The position numbers and the translations under genes were made by a program. From NCBI GenBank assembly GCA_945862475.1, contig CAMAYW010000001.1:1-32919 (forward strand): DNA of 32,919 nucleotides. Reading direction: 5' to 3'. How positions within the stretch are numbered: position 1 is the first letter of the stretch; each line of letters begins with the position of its first letter. A model generated the notes under the pieces. That model was not told where the DNA came from and ran no database searches. It worked only from the letters and a program-made list of their open reading frames with translations. The DNA is from Bacteriovorax stolpii (GTDB lineage: Bacteria; Bdellovibrionota; Bacteriovoracia; Bacteriovoracales; Bacteriovoracaceae). This document shows positions 9,191-19,461 of the stretch, piece after piece.

Positions 9191-9574
9191 TTATTTAGCC
9201 GCAATAACCTCTATCTCTACGACAGCACCCTTTGGAAGTGCTGAAACCTGAACAGTTGATCTTGCTGGATAAGGAGAGGTGAAAAACTTCACATAAGCTT
9301 CATTCACTTTTCCGAATTGAGCGAGATCCGTCATAAAGATTGTCGTTTTGATGATGTTCTCACGAGTAAGACCCTGAGAAGTTAGAAGACCATCAATATT
9401 TTTAAGGACATTTTCAAGTTGAGCATCAAAGCCATTCGCTAATTCACCCGTCTTGGCGTCTAGACCAATTTGACCAGAAAAATAGAAAACTCCATTATGA
9501 AAAACACCTTGAGAATAAGTTCCTACGGCTGCAGGTGCCTTATCTGTTGAAATAATATTTTTCTGAAAACTCAT
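9191..9574 (-). CDS. ridA: RidA/YjgF/UK114 family enamine/imine deaminase
   Basis: APAAVGTYSQG, FSGQIGLD, KTTIFMTDLAQFGKVNEAY, PARSTVQVSALPKGAVVEIE. Confidence 0.93.
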   Translation of the reverse strand: MSFQKNIISTDKAPAAVGTYSQGVFHNGVFYFSGQIGLDAKTGELANGFDAQLENVLKNIDGLLTSQGLTRENIIKTTIFMTDLAQFGKVNEAYVKFFTSPYPARSTVQVSALPKGAVVEIEVIAAK

Positions 9575-9584
9575 ATGTATTTCC

Positions 9585-11909
9585 TTAGTGTTTTGGGTGT
9601 TGAGCTCTATACGCCTTAATCTCTTGAGAGATAAGGGCCGTAATATGAGACATATTTACAATCTCATCAACTGTTGAAGTTCGCTGAACAATATTAATCG
9701 CATGTTTAAGTGGAAGAAGAATCGGACCAATGGGAGTTGCTCCACCTAATTGAGCAAGTAACTTGTAACTAATATTGGCAGAGTTCAGATCAGGGAAGAT
9801 TAGAACGTCTGCAGCTTTATCAAGTGAGCAGAAATCAAAAAGATTTTTCATGATGTCTGGATTGGTTGCAACGTCAGCTTGCATTTCTCCATCAGCAATA
9901 AGATTAGCATCTTTTGATTTTGCAATCTTCACAGCTTCGGCCATCTTCGCTGCTTGTGGATCACGGTTTGATCCAAAGTTTGAGTAGCTTAAAAAAGCAA
10001 CTCTTGGCTCTTGTTTCACAACATTGCGGTACATCTGTGCTGCTGAGATAGCAATATCAGCGAGATCATTGGCATCAGGATTTTGTTGAACTGTACAATC
10101 CGCCATGAAGACCACTCTGTGCTTAAACACAAGCATCATGATACCGGCCACTTTAGGGCGATTCGGGTTGTTTGTTCCAATCGTTTTCATGATGGGACGA
10201 ATACATTCCGGATAATTCTGAGTCGCTCCTGTCACCATACCGTCAGCATGTCCGAGCTTCACCATCATGGAGCCGTAGTAGTTTCCTCTCTTAAGAGAGT
10301 CTCTCGCAGCACTGTAAGACACACCTTTACGCTGTCTTTGAGTGAAGTACTCTTTCACATAATTTTCATATGGCTCTGAGTCCTCAGGATGAATGATTTG
10401 AATATCTTTTAAATTAGAAACTCCAACTTCGTCCATTTTCTTATGAATTGTTTTTTTGCTTCCAAGAAGAATTGGCTGGATGAGTCCTTCGTCTTTAAGA
10501 ATAGAGACAGCTTTAAGAATACGAGCATTCGTTCCCTCAGGGAAAACGATCTTAGGTTTCTCTGCACCAGGAAGACGTGAGCGAACATTTCTCATGATCG
10601 AGCCAGTTTGCCCAAGGCGCTCTTGGAGAGATTTTGCATAAGCATTGAAGTCTTCAATTTTTACGCGGGCAACTCCCGAGTCCATAGCTGCTTTCGCAAC
10701 AGCTGGAGAAACTCTAGTGAGAACTCGTTTATCAAAAGGTTTTGGGATGAGATAATTTCTTCCGAAAGAAAAATTTTCATTCCCGTAAGCTCTTTTCACA
10801 TCATCAGGAACTTCTTCTTTCGCGAGAGATGCGAGTGCCATCGCAGCCGCTTTCTTCATTTGCTCGTTAATTTTTCTCGCACGCACATCAAGGGCACCAC
10901 GGAAAATAAACGGGAATCCAAGAACGTTATTCACTTGGTTAGGATAATCTGAGCGACCTGTTGCCATAATAGCATCATCACGAACTTCTGCGACTTCTTC
11001 TGGAGTGATCTCTGGATCAGGATTTGCCATGGCAAAAATAATAGGATTCTTCGCCATTGATTTCACCATGTCTTTAGACACGAGACCTTTAGCAGAACAA
11101 CCGATGAAGGCATCTGCACCTTTCATTGCATCAGCAAGAGTTCTCGCTTTCGTATCATTAGCAAAAAAATCTTTATACTTATTCATTCCATCAGTACGGC
11201 CTTTATAAATAACTCCTTTAGAGTCACACATAATAACGTTTTCTTTCTTCACACCTAATTCAAGGAAAAAGAGTGCCGTAGCAATAGCTGCTGCTCCCGC
11301 TCCTGAAACGACCACAGTCGTCTTTGAGATATCCCTATTGGTAATTTCGCAAGCATTTAAAAACGCGGCTCCACCAATGATCGCAGTTCCATGTTGGTCA
11401 TCGTGAAAAATAGGTATGTCACAGATTTCTTGAAGTCTTTTTTCAATTTCAAAACACTCTGGAGCTTTAATATCTTCTAGGTTTACTCCACCAAAAGTGG
11501 GTTCTAGAGCTTTCACAACGTTTACAACTTCATCAACTGTTTTCGAAGCGATCTCGATATCAAAAACATCAATGTCAGCAAATCGCTTAAAGAGAACTCC
11601 CTTTCCTTCCATCACTGGTTTTCCAGCGAGAGCTCCGATGTCACCGAGACCAAGAACAGCTGTTCCATTTGAAAGAACAGCAACTAGATTTCCTTTCGCG
11701 GTATATTTATAAACATCATCTGGGTTCTTAGCAATTTCTAAGCAAGGAGCAGCAACACCTGGAGAGTAGGCAAGAGAGAGGTCACGCGCCGTAAGACAAG
11801 GCTTCGTGGGAGAGATTTCGATTTTTCCAGATCTACCCTGAGAATGGTAATCTAAGGCCAATTTATATCTTTCTTCAGCTGAAATTGTTTCATTGTTCGG
11901 TGTACTCAC
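9585..11909 (-). CDS. maeB: NADP-dependent malic enzyme, hybrid ME plus phosphotransacetylase-like domain
   Basis: [51 protein letters not shown], then a PTA-like domain ([29 protein letters not shown]). Start set at GTG 11909 behind an AAAGGAG SD. Confidence 0.96.
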   Translation of the reverse strand: MSTPNNETISAEERYKLALDYHSQGRSGKIEISPTKPCLTARDLSLAYSPGVAAPCLEIAKNPDDVYKYTAKGNLVAVLSNGTAVLGLGDIGALAGKPVMEGKGVLFKRFADIDVFDIEIASKTVDEVVNVVKALEPTFGGVNLEDIKAPECFEIEKRLQEICDIPIFHDDQHGTAIIGGAAFLNACEITNRDISKTTVVVSGAGAAAIATALFFLELGVKKENVIMCDSKGVIYKGRTDGMNKYKDFFANDTKARTLADAMKGADAFIGCSAKGLVSKDMVKSMAKNPIIFAMANPDPEITPEEVAEVRDDAIMATGRSDYPNQVNNVLGFPFIFRGALDVRARKINEQMKKAAAMALASLAKEEVPDDVKRAYGNENFSFGRNYLIPKPFDKRVLTRVSPAVAKAAMDSGVARVKIEDFNAYAKSLQERLGQTGSIMRNVRSRLPGAEKPKIVFPEGTNARILKAVSILKDEGLIQPILLGSKKTIHKKMDEVGVSNLKDIQIIHPEDSEPYENYVKEYFTQRQRKGVSYSAARDSLKRGNYYGSMMVKLGHADGMVTGATQNYPECIRPIMKTIGTNNPNRPKVAGIMMLVFKHRVVFMADCTVQQNPDANDLADIAISAAQMYRNVVKQEPRVAFLSYSNFGSNRDPQAAKMAEAVKIAKSKDANLIADGEMQADVATNPDIMKNLFDFCSLDKAADVLIFPDLNSANISYKLLAQLGGATPIGPILLPLKHAINIVQRTSTVDEIVNMSHITALISQEIKAYRAQHPKH

Positions 11910-12011
11910 GCGAACTCCTTTTGTTACTGATAGCTTCAAAAATTAATTCCAAGAAGATAGCAGTTTTGACTCAAAAAGAAACCTTGAATGCGTAGAGACA
12001 AGGCACAAAAT

Positions 12012-13415
12012 TTAGGCGTTTTTACGAATGACGGAGTAGATAAGAGGAACAGTTGTCAGAAGAAGTCCGATATAGAACTCGTCAATGTTAGAAAAAAAAT
12101 AAACTTTATTCAATATTTTCCATGACACAATGCCAATACAGCCAAATGATACGGCCCAACAAAAGTTTCTCTCTGAAATAATACCGGGCCGCCACTGAGC
12201 GACGAGGATAGGAAAAAGTAAACAAGCAGCTGAAAAACTACCAAGTGTTTTCCAAACTTCAACGACATTACCTTCAAAATGTAAGCTAAAAAGAATTGAA
12301 ATCGTACTAACAAAGACCAAGGCCACGTGATGGTGCCAAATTTTAAAACGGTCTTTTAATTTAAAAAAATCGTAACTCACGCATGTGGCAGCATTAAAGA
12401 GATATGAATCAAGTGTTGAAAGAATAATCGCCAAAATTCCTGCTAGAATTAAACCTCTGACTCCGTTTGGCACAAGTTGAATCGAGTATTGTAGATAGGC
12501 ATCTTGTGGATTTGCATCGGGAATGGCCACTCGAGCATACAAAGCACCAAGTGTTGTGCAGCAATCAAAAATAAACCAAATGATCGTAGAATAAATAATC
12601 CCACGCTTTGCCGTTTTCTCGCTATCGGCTGCCAATACACGTTGATAGAAATTGGGATCTACAAGAGTTGAGAGAGCGATAAAACCCCAAACAAAAAGTG
12701 TTCCTAAGCTTTCTCCTCCCGTCCAATCAAGATGAGTGAGGGGGAGTTTATCCATAAGCTCTAAAGGAGAGCCGATCTGTATCCATGAAAAGATCACGAT
12801 TAAAACAACTGCAAGAATCATAAAAAAGAATTGTACAATATCGGAAAAAACAACAGCTCTAAATCCACCCCAAAGAGACCACAAGGTGACTAGAACAACT
12901 CCCAAGGTTGTATTAATAAATAAAGATCCTCCAAATAAACTTTTTAGAAAAATCCCAAGACTAATGGTATAAGCAATAGGGAGAAGATTAAGAAAATTTA
13001 GACTTGCAGTTAGTCTTTCAGCTTTTGAACCGAAAAGAATTCTCGCCATCTCTGGAATCGTGATCACATTGTAGGATCGGATTTTCTTTACCAGGAAGAA
13101 TGCAAAAATCAGATAACTCCCGTACCAAAAAAAACCTTGAGTTAGGAGATTATAAATTCCTTTTTCAAAGGTCAGAGCTGTAACTCCAAAGATGCCTCCA
13201 TACCAAGTGGCCACAAGGGTAGCGACAAAAATAGGGAGAGTGAGTCGGCGGCCCATCAGAAGGAGTTCAATCGTACTCACTTTTTCAGATTCAGGAAGTT
13301 GTTTTTTTATTCTTTGACCCCAAAGCACACTTAAGAGAGTCGCCAAAAGGACTAAAAAAAACACTACCCAGTCACTTAAATTAAGGTGTTCAATTAATGT
13401 AGAATTTGGAACCAT
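12012..13415 (-). CDS. Sodium:solute symporter (SSS family), substrate unknown
   Basis: Many TM segments, LMGRRL, ATLVATWYGG, GGFRAVVFSDIVQF, NFYQRVLAADS, LAIILSTLDSYL. Start uncertain (ATG 13415 or TTG 13433). Confidence 0.9.
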   Translation of the reverse strand: MVPNSTLIEHLNLSDWVVFFLVLLATLLSVLWGQRIKKQLPESEKVSTIELLLMGRRLTLPIFVATLVATWYGGIFGVTALTFEKGIYNLLTQGFFWYGSYLIFAFFLVKKIRSYNVITIPEMARILFGSKAERLTASLNFLNLLPIAYTISLGIFLKSLFGGSLFINTTLGVVLVTLWSLWGGFRAVVFSDIVQFFFMILAVVLIVIFSWIQIGSPLELMDKLPLTHLDWTGGESLGTLFVWGFIALSTLVDPNFYQRVLAADSEKTAKRGIIYSTIIWFIFDCCTTLGALYARVAIPDANPQDAYLQYSIQLVPNGVRGLILAGILAIILSTLDSYLFNAATCVSYDFFKLKDRFKIWHHHVALVFVSTISILFSLHFEGNVVEVWKTLGSFSAACLLFPILVAQWRPGIISERNFCWAVSFGCIGIVSWKILNKVYFFSNIDEFYIGLLLTTVPLIYSVIRKNA

Positions 13416-13513
13416 ATGGGTAAAGTACTTCAATCAATCAATTAAGTAAAATCCTTGAAACTTAGCCACTAACATTATGGCGCGAATGACTGTTTTGGTT
13501 TATTCTATCAACT

Positions 13514-14305
13514 ATGAAATATGTTCTCATTATTTTCGGTATCGCCATTCTTATGAGGCTGGATTTTATCCTTGGTCTTTTTGATAAGGCATCTGAAAAA
13601 TTAGAAAATGAGACTCCTGTTGTTGAAATATCTGAAAGTAAAACAGATAGAACAATTATCTCGTTGGACCAAGACAAAATGCTCAGTAGTTCACCTCGGG
13701 ATACATTTTTTTCATTCTTAGATGGATTTTATGCATCACCCGAAGCGGAATTGAGAATTCGTGCTGTGAATTGGCTAAAAGAGCATCCAAAATTATTTAA
13801 TCAAAATCTCGATAAAGAATTGGAGTCAAAAATATATAAGTGGCGAGATCATCTGAATAATAATAACAAGGAAGTTGTTTATTTTATTCTTGATTTGATG
13901 GAAGTCCTCCCTGGGCAGAACCAAGAGATTTTAAAGAATTTCTTTGCCCTTTGGATGGAGATCAATATGGAACATTTTATTGCTGCCTATTCCAAAACAA
14001 AAGACACCAATTGCTCTATTGCTACAACCTTTGGAGATCCAATACCGGAGGATGAAAAATTAAATGATTATTATCAGAGGATTGATTCTTTAAAGTTATT
14101 TTTACAGAAAGAAAAAGTAGAGCCTGCGGAAAAAGCTCTCGCAACAAATTGTCTTCTTCAATTGGAGTTATTTCTACAAAAATTGGCACCTCCTGCACCA
14201 TCTCCTGAAACCACAACAGCTATACCGGATAACTCAAGTCCTGGGATAGATCCACAATTGATCTCTCCAGCAGTATCTCCCGAAGGAACTGGAACATCAC
14301 CATGA
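13514..14305 (+). CDS. Hypothetical membrane-anchored, mostly helical protein with Pro-rich tail
   Basis: 263-aa ORF with N-terminal hydrophobic segment, two Cys and a P/S/T-rich C-terminus. ATGA overlap with the next gene. Confidence 0.7.
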   Translation: MKYVLIIFGIAILMRLDFILGLFDKASEKLENETPVVEISESKTDRTIISLDQDKMLSSSPRDTFFSFLDGFYASPEAELRIRAVNWLKEHPKLFNQNLDKELESKIYKWRDHLNNNNKEVVYFILDLMEVLPGQNQEILKNFFALWMEINMEHFIAAYSKTKDTNCSIATTFGDPIPEDEKLNDYYQRIDSLKLFLQKEKVEPAEKALATNCLLQLELFLQKLAPPAPSPETTTAIPDNSSPGIDPQLISPAVSPEGTGTSP

Positions 14306-16140
14306 TTCAGGTCGTAGGTATTGATAAGGGTTATGGAACTCAAGTTCTTTTTCAAAATGTGACTTTCACACTGGGAAAGGGAGAGAGAGTTGGTCTTGTG
14401 GGAAGAAACGGCACAGGAAAGTCCACGCTTTTTAAAATCCTTTTAGGTGAGGAATCTCAAGATCGAGGAGATATTATTTTTCCTAAAAATTATCTTGTGG
14501 GGACTTTAAAGCAGCATCTCGTTTTTACTGAACCTACAATTCTTGAAGAGTGTACAAAAGCTCTTCGAGGAGAAAATGCAGCCTTTGAGCAATATAAAGT
14601 TGAAAAAATGCTACTTGGCTTGGGTTTTAAAACTTCCGACTTTAATCGTTCTCCAAAAGATTTCTCTGGGGGCTATCAAATTCGACTTAACCTCGCTAAG
14701 GTTTTAGTTTCAGAACCGGATTGTCTTTTATTAGATGAGCCAACGAACTATCTCGATATCGTGTCGATGAGATGGTTATCAAAATTTCTGAGATCTTTTC
14801 GTGGGGAAATGATTCTTATTACTCACGATAGGGGATTCATGGATGAAGTCACCACCCATACCATGGGCCTATGGAGACAAAAGCTCTTTAAAATACCAGG
14901 AAGCTCTTCAAAATATTTCGAACAAATTTTACTTGAAGAAGAGATTTATGAGAAAACTCGGCAAAACTCCGAGAAAAAAAGAAAAGATCTACAAGATTTT
15001 GTCGATCGGTTTAGGGCGAAGGCGAGTAAGGCAGCACAGGCCCAATCACGCTTAAAACTGTTAGAAAAAATGCCAGAACTAGAAGCTCTCAACATGATGG
15101 CAAGTCTTGATTTTGAATTTAATTTCCAGGAATGTCCCGGTAAAATTCTTGTAGAGGCAAAAGACCTTGAGTTTGGCTACGCTGGTCCAAGCTTGATTAA
15201 GGATTTAAGTTTTCCGATCTTAAGAGATGATAAAATTGCGATCATTGGAAAAAACGGTAAAGGTAAATCAACGTTACTTAATCTTTTGTCTGGCGAACTC
15301 TATCCTCGAAGTGGAGATACTCAAAATAATGTCAATTTGCTCATCGGTCATTTTGGACAGACTAATATCAATCGACTGAATCTAGAAAATACAATCGAAG
15401 AAGAAATTCTTTCTGCCAACCCTATGATTGGACTCCAGAGAGCTAGATCCATCGCAGGAGTGATGATGTTTTCTGGAGATCTCGCGAAAAAGAAAATAAA
15501 AGTTTTATCAGGCGGAGAAAGAGCAAGAGTGCTTTTAGGTAAGCTTTTAGTTAAACCTACAAATCTTTTACTATTAGATGAACCAACAAACCATTTAGAC
15601 CAAGAATCAGTAGAATCATTAACTCTAGAATTACAAAACTATCCTGGGGCCGTCGTGATTGTTACTCACTCCGAAATGATGCTTAAAGATATCGCAAAGA
15701 AGTTAATTGTTTTTCATCATGATAAAGTGGAGTTTTTTCAATCTGGTTATGAGGATTTTCTTAGTAAAATCGGTTGGGATGAGGAAGTGCCAGTCGAAGT
15801 GACTGTCAAATCTGATAACCGGCCAAGTCGCCAAGAGACTAAAAGAATGAGGTCAGAGCTTATTATTGAGCGGGGAAGAGAGCTTAATCCCTTAAAGAAG
15901 AAAATAGAAGTTCTAGAAAAAGAGATCATGAAATTAGAGGAAGAGGAAAAGAAATTAGAGTTAGAGTTAATTGAGTTTGCCACTCAAAATGATTCAAAAA
16001 AAATCCAGGAGAGATCTCAGCGTTTAGGAATGGTGAAGAAGCGAGTGGATGAAGCGTTTGAAGAACTTTCCAGTGTCACTATCTCTCATGATAATATTTT
16101 TAAAAGCTATGAAGATAAATTAAAAGAACTTGATATTTAA
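14302..16140 (+). CDS. ABC-F family ribosome-associated ATPase (YheS/Uup-like)
   Basis: Two nucleotide-binding domains (GRNGTGKST/FSGG/LLLDEPTNYLD and GKNGKGKST/LSGGE/LLLDEPTNHLD), interdomain linker RFRAKASKAAQAQSR, C-terminal coiled coil, no TM segments. Confidence 0.93.
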   Translation: MIQVVGIDKGYGTQVLFQNVTFTLGKGERVGLVGRNGTGKSTLFKILLGEESQDRGDIIFPKNYLVGTLKQHLVFTEPTILEECTKALRGENAAFEQYKVEKMLLGLGFKTSDFNRSPKDFSGGYQIRLNLAKVLVSEPDCLLLDEPTNYLDIVSMRWLSKFLRSFRGEMILITHDRGFMDEVTTHTMGLWRQKLFKIPGSSSKYFEQILLEEEIYEKTRQNSEKKRKDLQDFVDRFRAKASKAAQAQSRLKLLEKMPELEALNMMASLDFEFNFQECPGKILVEAKDLEFGYAGPSLIKDLSFPILRDDKIAIIGKNGKGKSTLLNLLSGELYPRSGDTQNNVNLLIGHFGQTNINRLNLENTIEEEILSANPMIGLQRARSIAGVMMFSGDLAKKKIKVLSGGERARVLLGKLLVKPTNLLLLDEPTNHLDQESVESLTLELQNYPGAVVIVTHSEMMLKDIAKKLIVFHHDKVEFFQSGYEDFLSKIGWDEEVPVEVTVKSDNRPSRQETKRMRSELIIERGRELNPLKKKIEVLEKEIMKLEEEEKKLELELIEFATQNDSKKIQERSQRLGMVKKRVDEAFEELSSVTISHDNIFKSYEDKLKELDI

Positions 16141-17285
16141 TTTATCTGAAAGGGATTTATATTTCCCATCGCAAAATATAACCAGGCCGTACCTGCTACA
16201 GAAGATCCAGTTGTAAAATCTGGATTCTCATTCGGAGTGGCATAGGCAATGCCGCCATCCTTCTTTTTCATTTTCTTAATTGAATTTAAAAAATCGTCCG
16301 CTTTCATGTCATGACAATAAATTTCTTTCTTTTGTAGTTCACTCACTTTCTTCATAGCAAGAATTTGTCCCAAAGTACCCTCTGACCATATGAAAGCATG
16401 TTTTGAAGGACGATTCGAGGGCTTAGAGTCCATGAATCCTGTGACTCCATCTTTTTGTACAAAGAATTCTTCACAGTTTAAATGAAGAGCCTTTTCGCTA
16501 GAGATGTCTAAAAGATCGCTCTTATCAAGGGCGAGTAAAGTCCATGTTTGGTTATCAAGATAGAGTTCAGACTTCGCCACAATTCCCTCTTTAATCATTG
16601 CCCCTGACCAGAAATGATCATTATTTTTATCCCACATCTTTTTTATAAAGACCTTTAGCTCATCTGCAGATTTTTGCCAGTCATCTGTTTTATTAATTTT
16701 CCCATAGTGAGTGAAGGCCGAAAAAGCATCTAGATTATGTTCTAGAGAAATCACATCATTTTCTTGAAATGGGGTAGAGGGAATGTCATGGGGAGCAAAG
16801 CGAACGGCCCTCGTTTTTACACCCTTTATTTCGATGGGAGTCATTTGTCCTTTAAGGTAATGGAGAATTTTAAGGTTAAAAACTTTAAATTCATCACTCC
16901 TAAATTGATGTTGATAATGACTTGCAGCCAGAGCAACCCAGGCTATGGCCCCAGCGATTCGTCGGTCACCTTCAGTTGGGTATGGAGAGATTCCATTCAT
17001 GTAATATGAAAAATAAAGAGAGCCATCTTTCAGTTGAAGTGTCTTAAGGCCCTTTAACAGTTTTCTTGCTTGAGTTTTATTCTGAGCTTTTGAAAAAGCA
17101 ATAATCGCCAAGGCCTGATCATAGATGTAGCTTTGCGAATGATTATCAAAACTTTTTATGAGGGCGCCGTGACCTTTTGGTAAATCATGGATGCGTGAAT
17201 CTAACGTATTGAGAAGGGCCAACTCAGAGGCACTGATTTGAAAAGCTGAGAGAAGGCCAATTAAGATAATAATCATTCCGGGCAT
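16137..17285 (-). CDS. Secreted protein, putative six-hairpin (alpha/alpha)6 glycosidase-like
   Basis: Signal peptide (AFQISA|S). Motif series YDQALA, AWVALA, SLEHNLDA, LDNQTW, WSEGT and GTAW...NPF that I associate with uncharacterised (alpha/alpha)6 glycoside-hydrolase-like proteins. The fold is inferred. Confidence 0.55.
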   Translation of the reverse strand: MPGMIIILIGLLSAFQISASELALLNTLDSRIHDLPKGHGALIKSFDNHSQSYIYDQALAIIAFSKAQNKTQARKLLKGLKTLQLKDGSLYFSYYMNGISPYPTEGDRRIAGAIAWVALAASHYQHQFRSDEFKVFNLKILHYLKGQMTPIEIKGVKTRAVRFAPHDIPSTPFQENDVISLEHNLDAFSAFTHYGKINKTDDWQKSADELKVFIKKMWDKNNDHFWSGAMIKEGIVAKSELYLDNQTWTLLALDKSDLLDISSEKALHLNCEEFFVQKDGVTGFMDSKPSNRPSKHAFIWSEGTLGQILAMKKVSELQKKEIYCHDMKADDFLNSIKKMKKKDGGIAYATPNENPDFTTGSSVAGTAWLYFAMGNINPFQIN

Positions 17286-17336
17286 ACTAAGGGCCCCTCC
17301 TGAAGTAAGCCTTTTAGTCTGTTATTTACCTGAGGC

Positions 17337-17363
17337 TTATCGTCGGTCGAGAAACATTCTTGA
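17337..17363 (-). promoter_or_regulatory. Putative sigma28 (FliA) promoter TCAAG-N14-GACGATAA
   Basis: Minus-strand TCAAG (17363-17359), 14-nt spacer, GACGATAA (17344-17337, 7/8 match to GCCGATAA). It lies 51 nt upstream of ATG 17285. Confidence 0.55.
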
Positions 17364-17395
17364 GTGTTTTGTATAGGTTTTGGGTCTTTTTAATT

Positions 17396-18223
17396 TCAGC
17401 CACTTACGATGTGTTTAAAGAAGGAGGACCCCTTCGCTAGTTCTACCAAATACGGTCTAATGTCTTCTTGGAGATGGGAGGGAAGATTTTGGTAGGGATA
17501 AATATGTTCTTCAGGAACATATCTAAAAGTGAAATTAATTCTTCTCGTTTGAAAGCCATGAATTTTTGGACCTAAAAGTTCTTTCTTTTTATCCTCAACT
17601 CTTTGAACCCGATGGAAGGTTTTATTCTTCCATTTATCACCACCAAAAATTTGAAGAGATGAATCTTCTAACCATTGTGAAAAAACAATATTTTCCTCTC
17701 CAAGATTTGATTTCCCTTGTACAAATTGGAAGAACGCCCTCTCTCCAAAAGAGATAGAACCAACAGGACCTGGCTCGAAGTCCTTATGTTCACCCACTCT
17801 TGCGCGATCCACCCATTTATCATCTTCTAATTTATTTCCATAAAAATTGATGAGACAGGTATTTAATTTCCATTTGTCAGGAAAGAAAGATTTTGGGAAT
17901 CGTTTTTTGGCAATAAATTCGATTCGATCAACTAGTTTTTGCAAAAAAACCGGATAAGCTTCCGCTTCTACACAACGATGATGAATTCCTTTGGGAGGAT
18001 GGTAGTAATCAAGGCAAGCAAATTGCCAGTTACCAAGCCAGTAGACAGGTCTTAAAAGGGGACGTTGTTGATCACCTGCCGGTGGAGGATTATGGCCCGA
18101 AAATCTCATTTCCCAGAGTGGGGAGAGAGTATTAATCCAATCCAAAATAAGTTTTCTCTCCTGTCGATCAACGAAAGGAAATTGATAAAACAGTCCTACG
18201 GGAAGGTGTTGCGTCTTGGCCAT
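17396..18223 (-). CDS. AlkB-family 2-oxoglutarate/Fe(II) dioxygenase
   Basis: NTCLINFY, HxD (GEHKD), GSISFG, distal His (TFHRVQR) and C-terminal RINFTFR. Confidence 0.88.
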   Translation of the reverse strand: MAKTQHLPVGLFYQFPFVDRQERKLILDWINTLSPLWEMRFSGHNPPPAGDQQRPLLRPVYWLGNWQFACLDYYHPPKGIHHRCVEAEAYPVFLQKLVDRIEFIAKKRFPKSFFPDKWKLNTCLINFYGNKLEDDKWVDRARVGEHKDFEPGPVGSISFGERAFFQFVQGKSNLGEENIVFSQWLEDSSLQIFGGDKWKNKTFHRVQRVEDKKKELLGPKIHGFQTRRINFTFRYVPEEHIYPYQNLPSHLQEDIRPYLVELAKGSSFFKHIVSG

Positions 18224-18288
18224 GAGTCATCAAATTACACCTTGGGACTTTTCAGAGTCAAATACCTTGTAAAAAGGTATGGGTCATC

Positions 18289-18317
18289 TTGAGATAACCC
18301 CTTCTTGGGAGTAATCT
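18289..18317 (+). promoter_or_regulatory. Putative sigma70 promoter TTGAGA-N17-TAATCT for the GNAT/luxE-like operon
   Basis: -35 at 18289-18294, 17-nt spacer, -10 at 18312-18317, ATG 7 nt later. Confidence 0.5.
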
Positions 18318-18324
18318 CAACTGC

Positions 18325-19461
18325 ATGAAAGTACAATTGGCTTCCCTGGAAGATGTTTTTCAAATCTCCCAACTCTATTTCGATGTTTATCAAGGGACTT
18401 ATCCAGATCCTTTAATGAAGGACTATAACCTTATTCGTGAATTTATTAAGTCTGAGTCAGGGTTCTGGTTTGTGACCAAGGATTCGAATAACAATATCAT
18501 TGCTTCTGTTCTTGCCTCATATGATAAAGAGCATTTAATTGCGAAAGCGTTTGGAGCTGTTGTTCGAAATGAATTTAGAGCTCAAGGAATCATGGAGGAA
18601 CTTTTAGCTTACGGAATTGATTATTTACGAAATAAGACCTCAGGGGTTGATGTTATTTATTCAACCACAAGAACAGTTAATGAGGCGGCACAGTCTCTTA
18701 CTGAAAAATTAGGATTTAAAAAACTAGGAATTTTCCCAAATGCTCACAGGACAAATGATTATGAAACTCATTGTCTTGCGGCCATAATTTACGATTCAGC
18801 TTTAAAAAAACGCCACGGGGACTATAAAATCCATCACGACATTGAATCACTTTACGGCGTTGTTCAAAAAGAAACAGGATTAAATTCTCTAGAAGACATA
18901 GTCCCTGAAAAACCTTCCAAGGAATTAATGGCCCCGGGTGAATTAGAATTAGTGAACTCACCAAGGTTTGTGGCCTACCGATATGGGTTTTTGAAGGCAG
19001 AAAAGAAATTAGAATTTGAATTTTTCCCTTTTCACCAGCCAAATCTCGTTATCATGTCACCTGATCAATCGATTGAACTATTCTGTCACCTTTCAAGTTC
19101 GGATGGTTACTGTGTTGTTGTTGGTGGCCATATGCCAAGGAACTTAGATTTTTCCGAGCTATTTTTAAAATCAAATAAACTCCTTAGGGATGTTGGGGCA
19201 AGATATATTGAAGTTATTGTAAGGGCCGACCGACCTAAAATCATCCAAAGTATTCTCAAAGCAAAATTTATTCCATGTGCGTTTTTCCCATGCTTCCAAT
19301 TGATTGGAGAAAAACGTTATGACTTTATCGTCTTAAGTCGATCGTTTGAAATTTTTGATTTTCAAAACGTAAAGCTAAAAGGGATGAATCAGGTTTATCT
19401 CGAAGAGTATTATAAGGCTTGGAAAAGAATGTCTCTTAATCCCAAATTACTTCAAGTATGA
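18325..19461 (+). CDS. GNAT-family N-acyltransferase (N-terminal GNAT plus possible degenerate second GNAT fold)
   Basis: Motif A AVVRNEFRAQGIMEELL and motif B NEAAQSLTEKLGFKKLGIFP. The C-terminal YIEVIV...ILKAKFIPCAFFP echoes motif B. ATGA overlap with the next gene. Confidence 0.8.
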   Translation: MKVQLASLEDVFQISQLYFDVYQGTYPDPLMKDYNLIREFIKSESGFWFVTKDSNNNIIASVLASYDKEHLIAKAFGAVVRNEFRAQGIMEELLAYGIDYLRNKTSGVDVIYSTTRTVNEAAQSLTEKLGFKKLGIFPNAHRTNDYETHCLAAIIYDSALKKRHGDYKIHHDIESLYGVVQKETGLNSLEDIVPEKPSKELMAPGELELVNSPRFVAYRYGFLKAEKKLEFEFFPFHQPNLVIMSPDQSIELFCHLSSSDGYCVVVGGHMPRNLDFSELFLKSNKLLRDVGARYIEVIVRADRPKIIQSILKAKFIPCAFFPCFQLIGEKRYDFIVLSRSFEIFDFQNVKLKGMNQVYLEEYYKAWKRMSLNPKLLQV

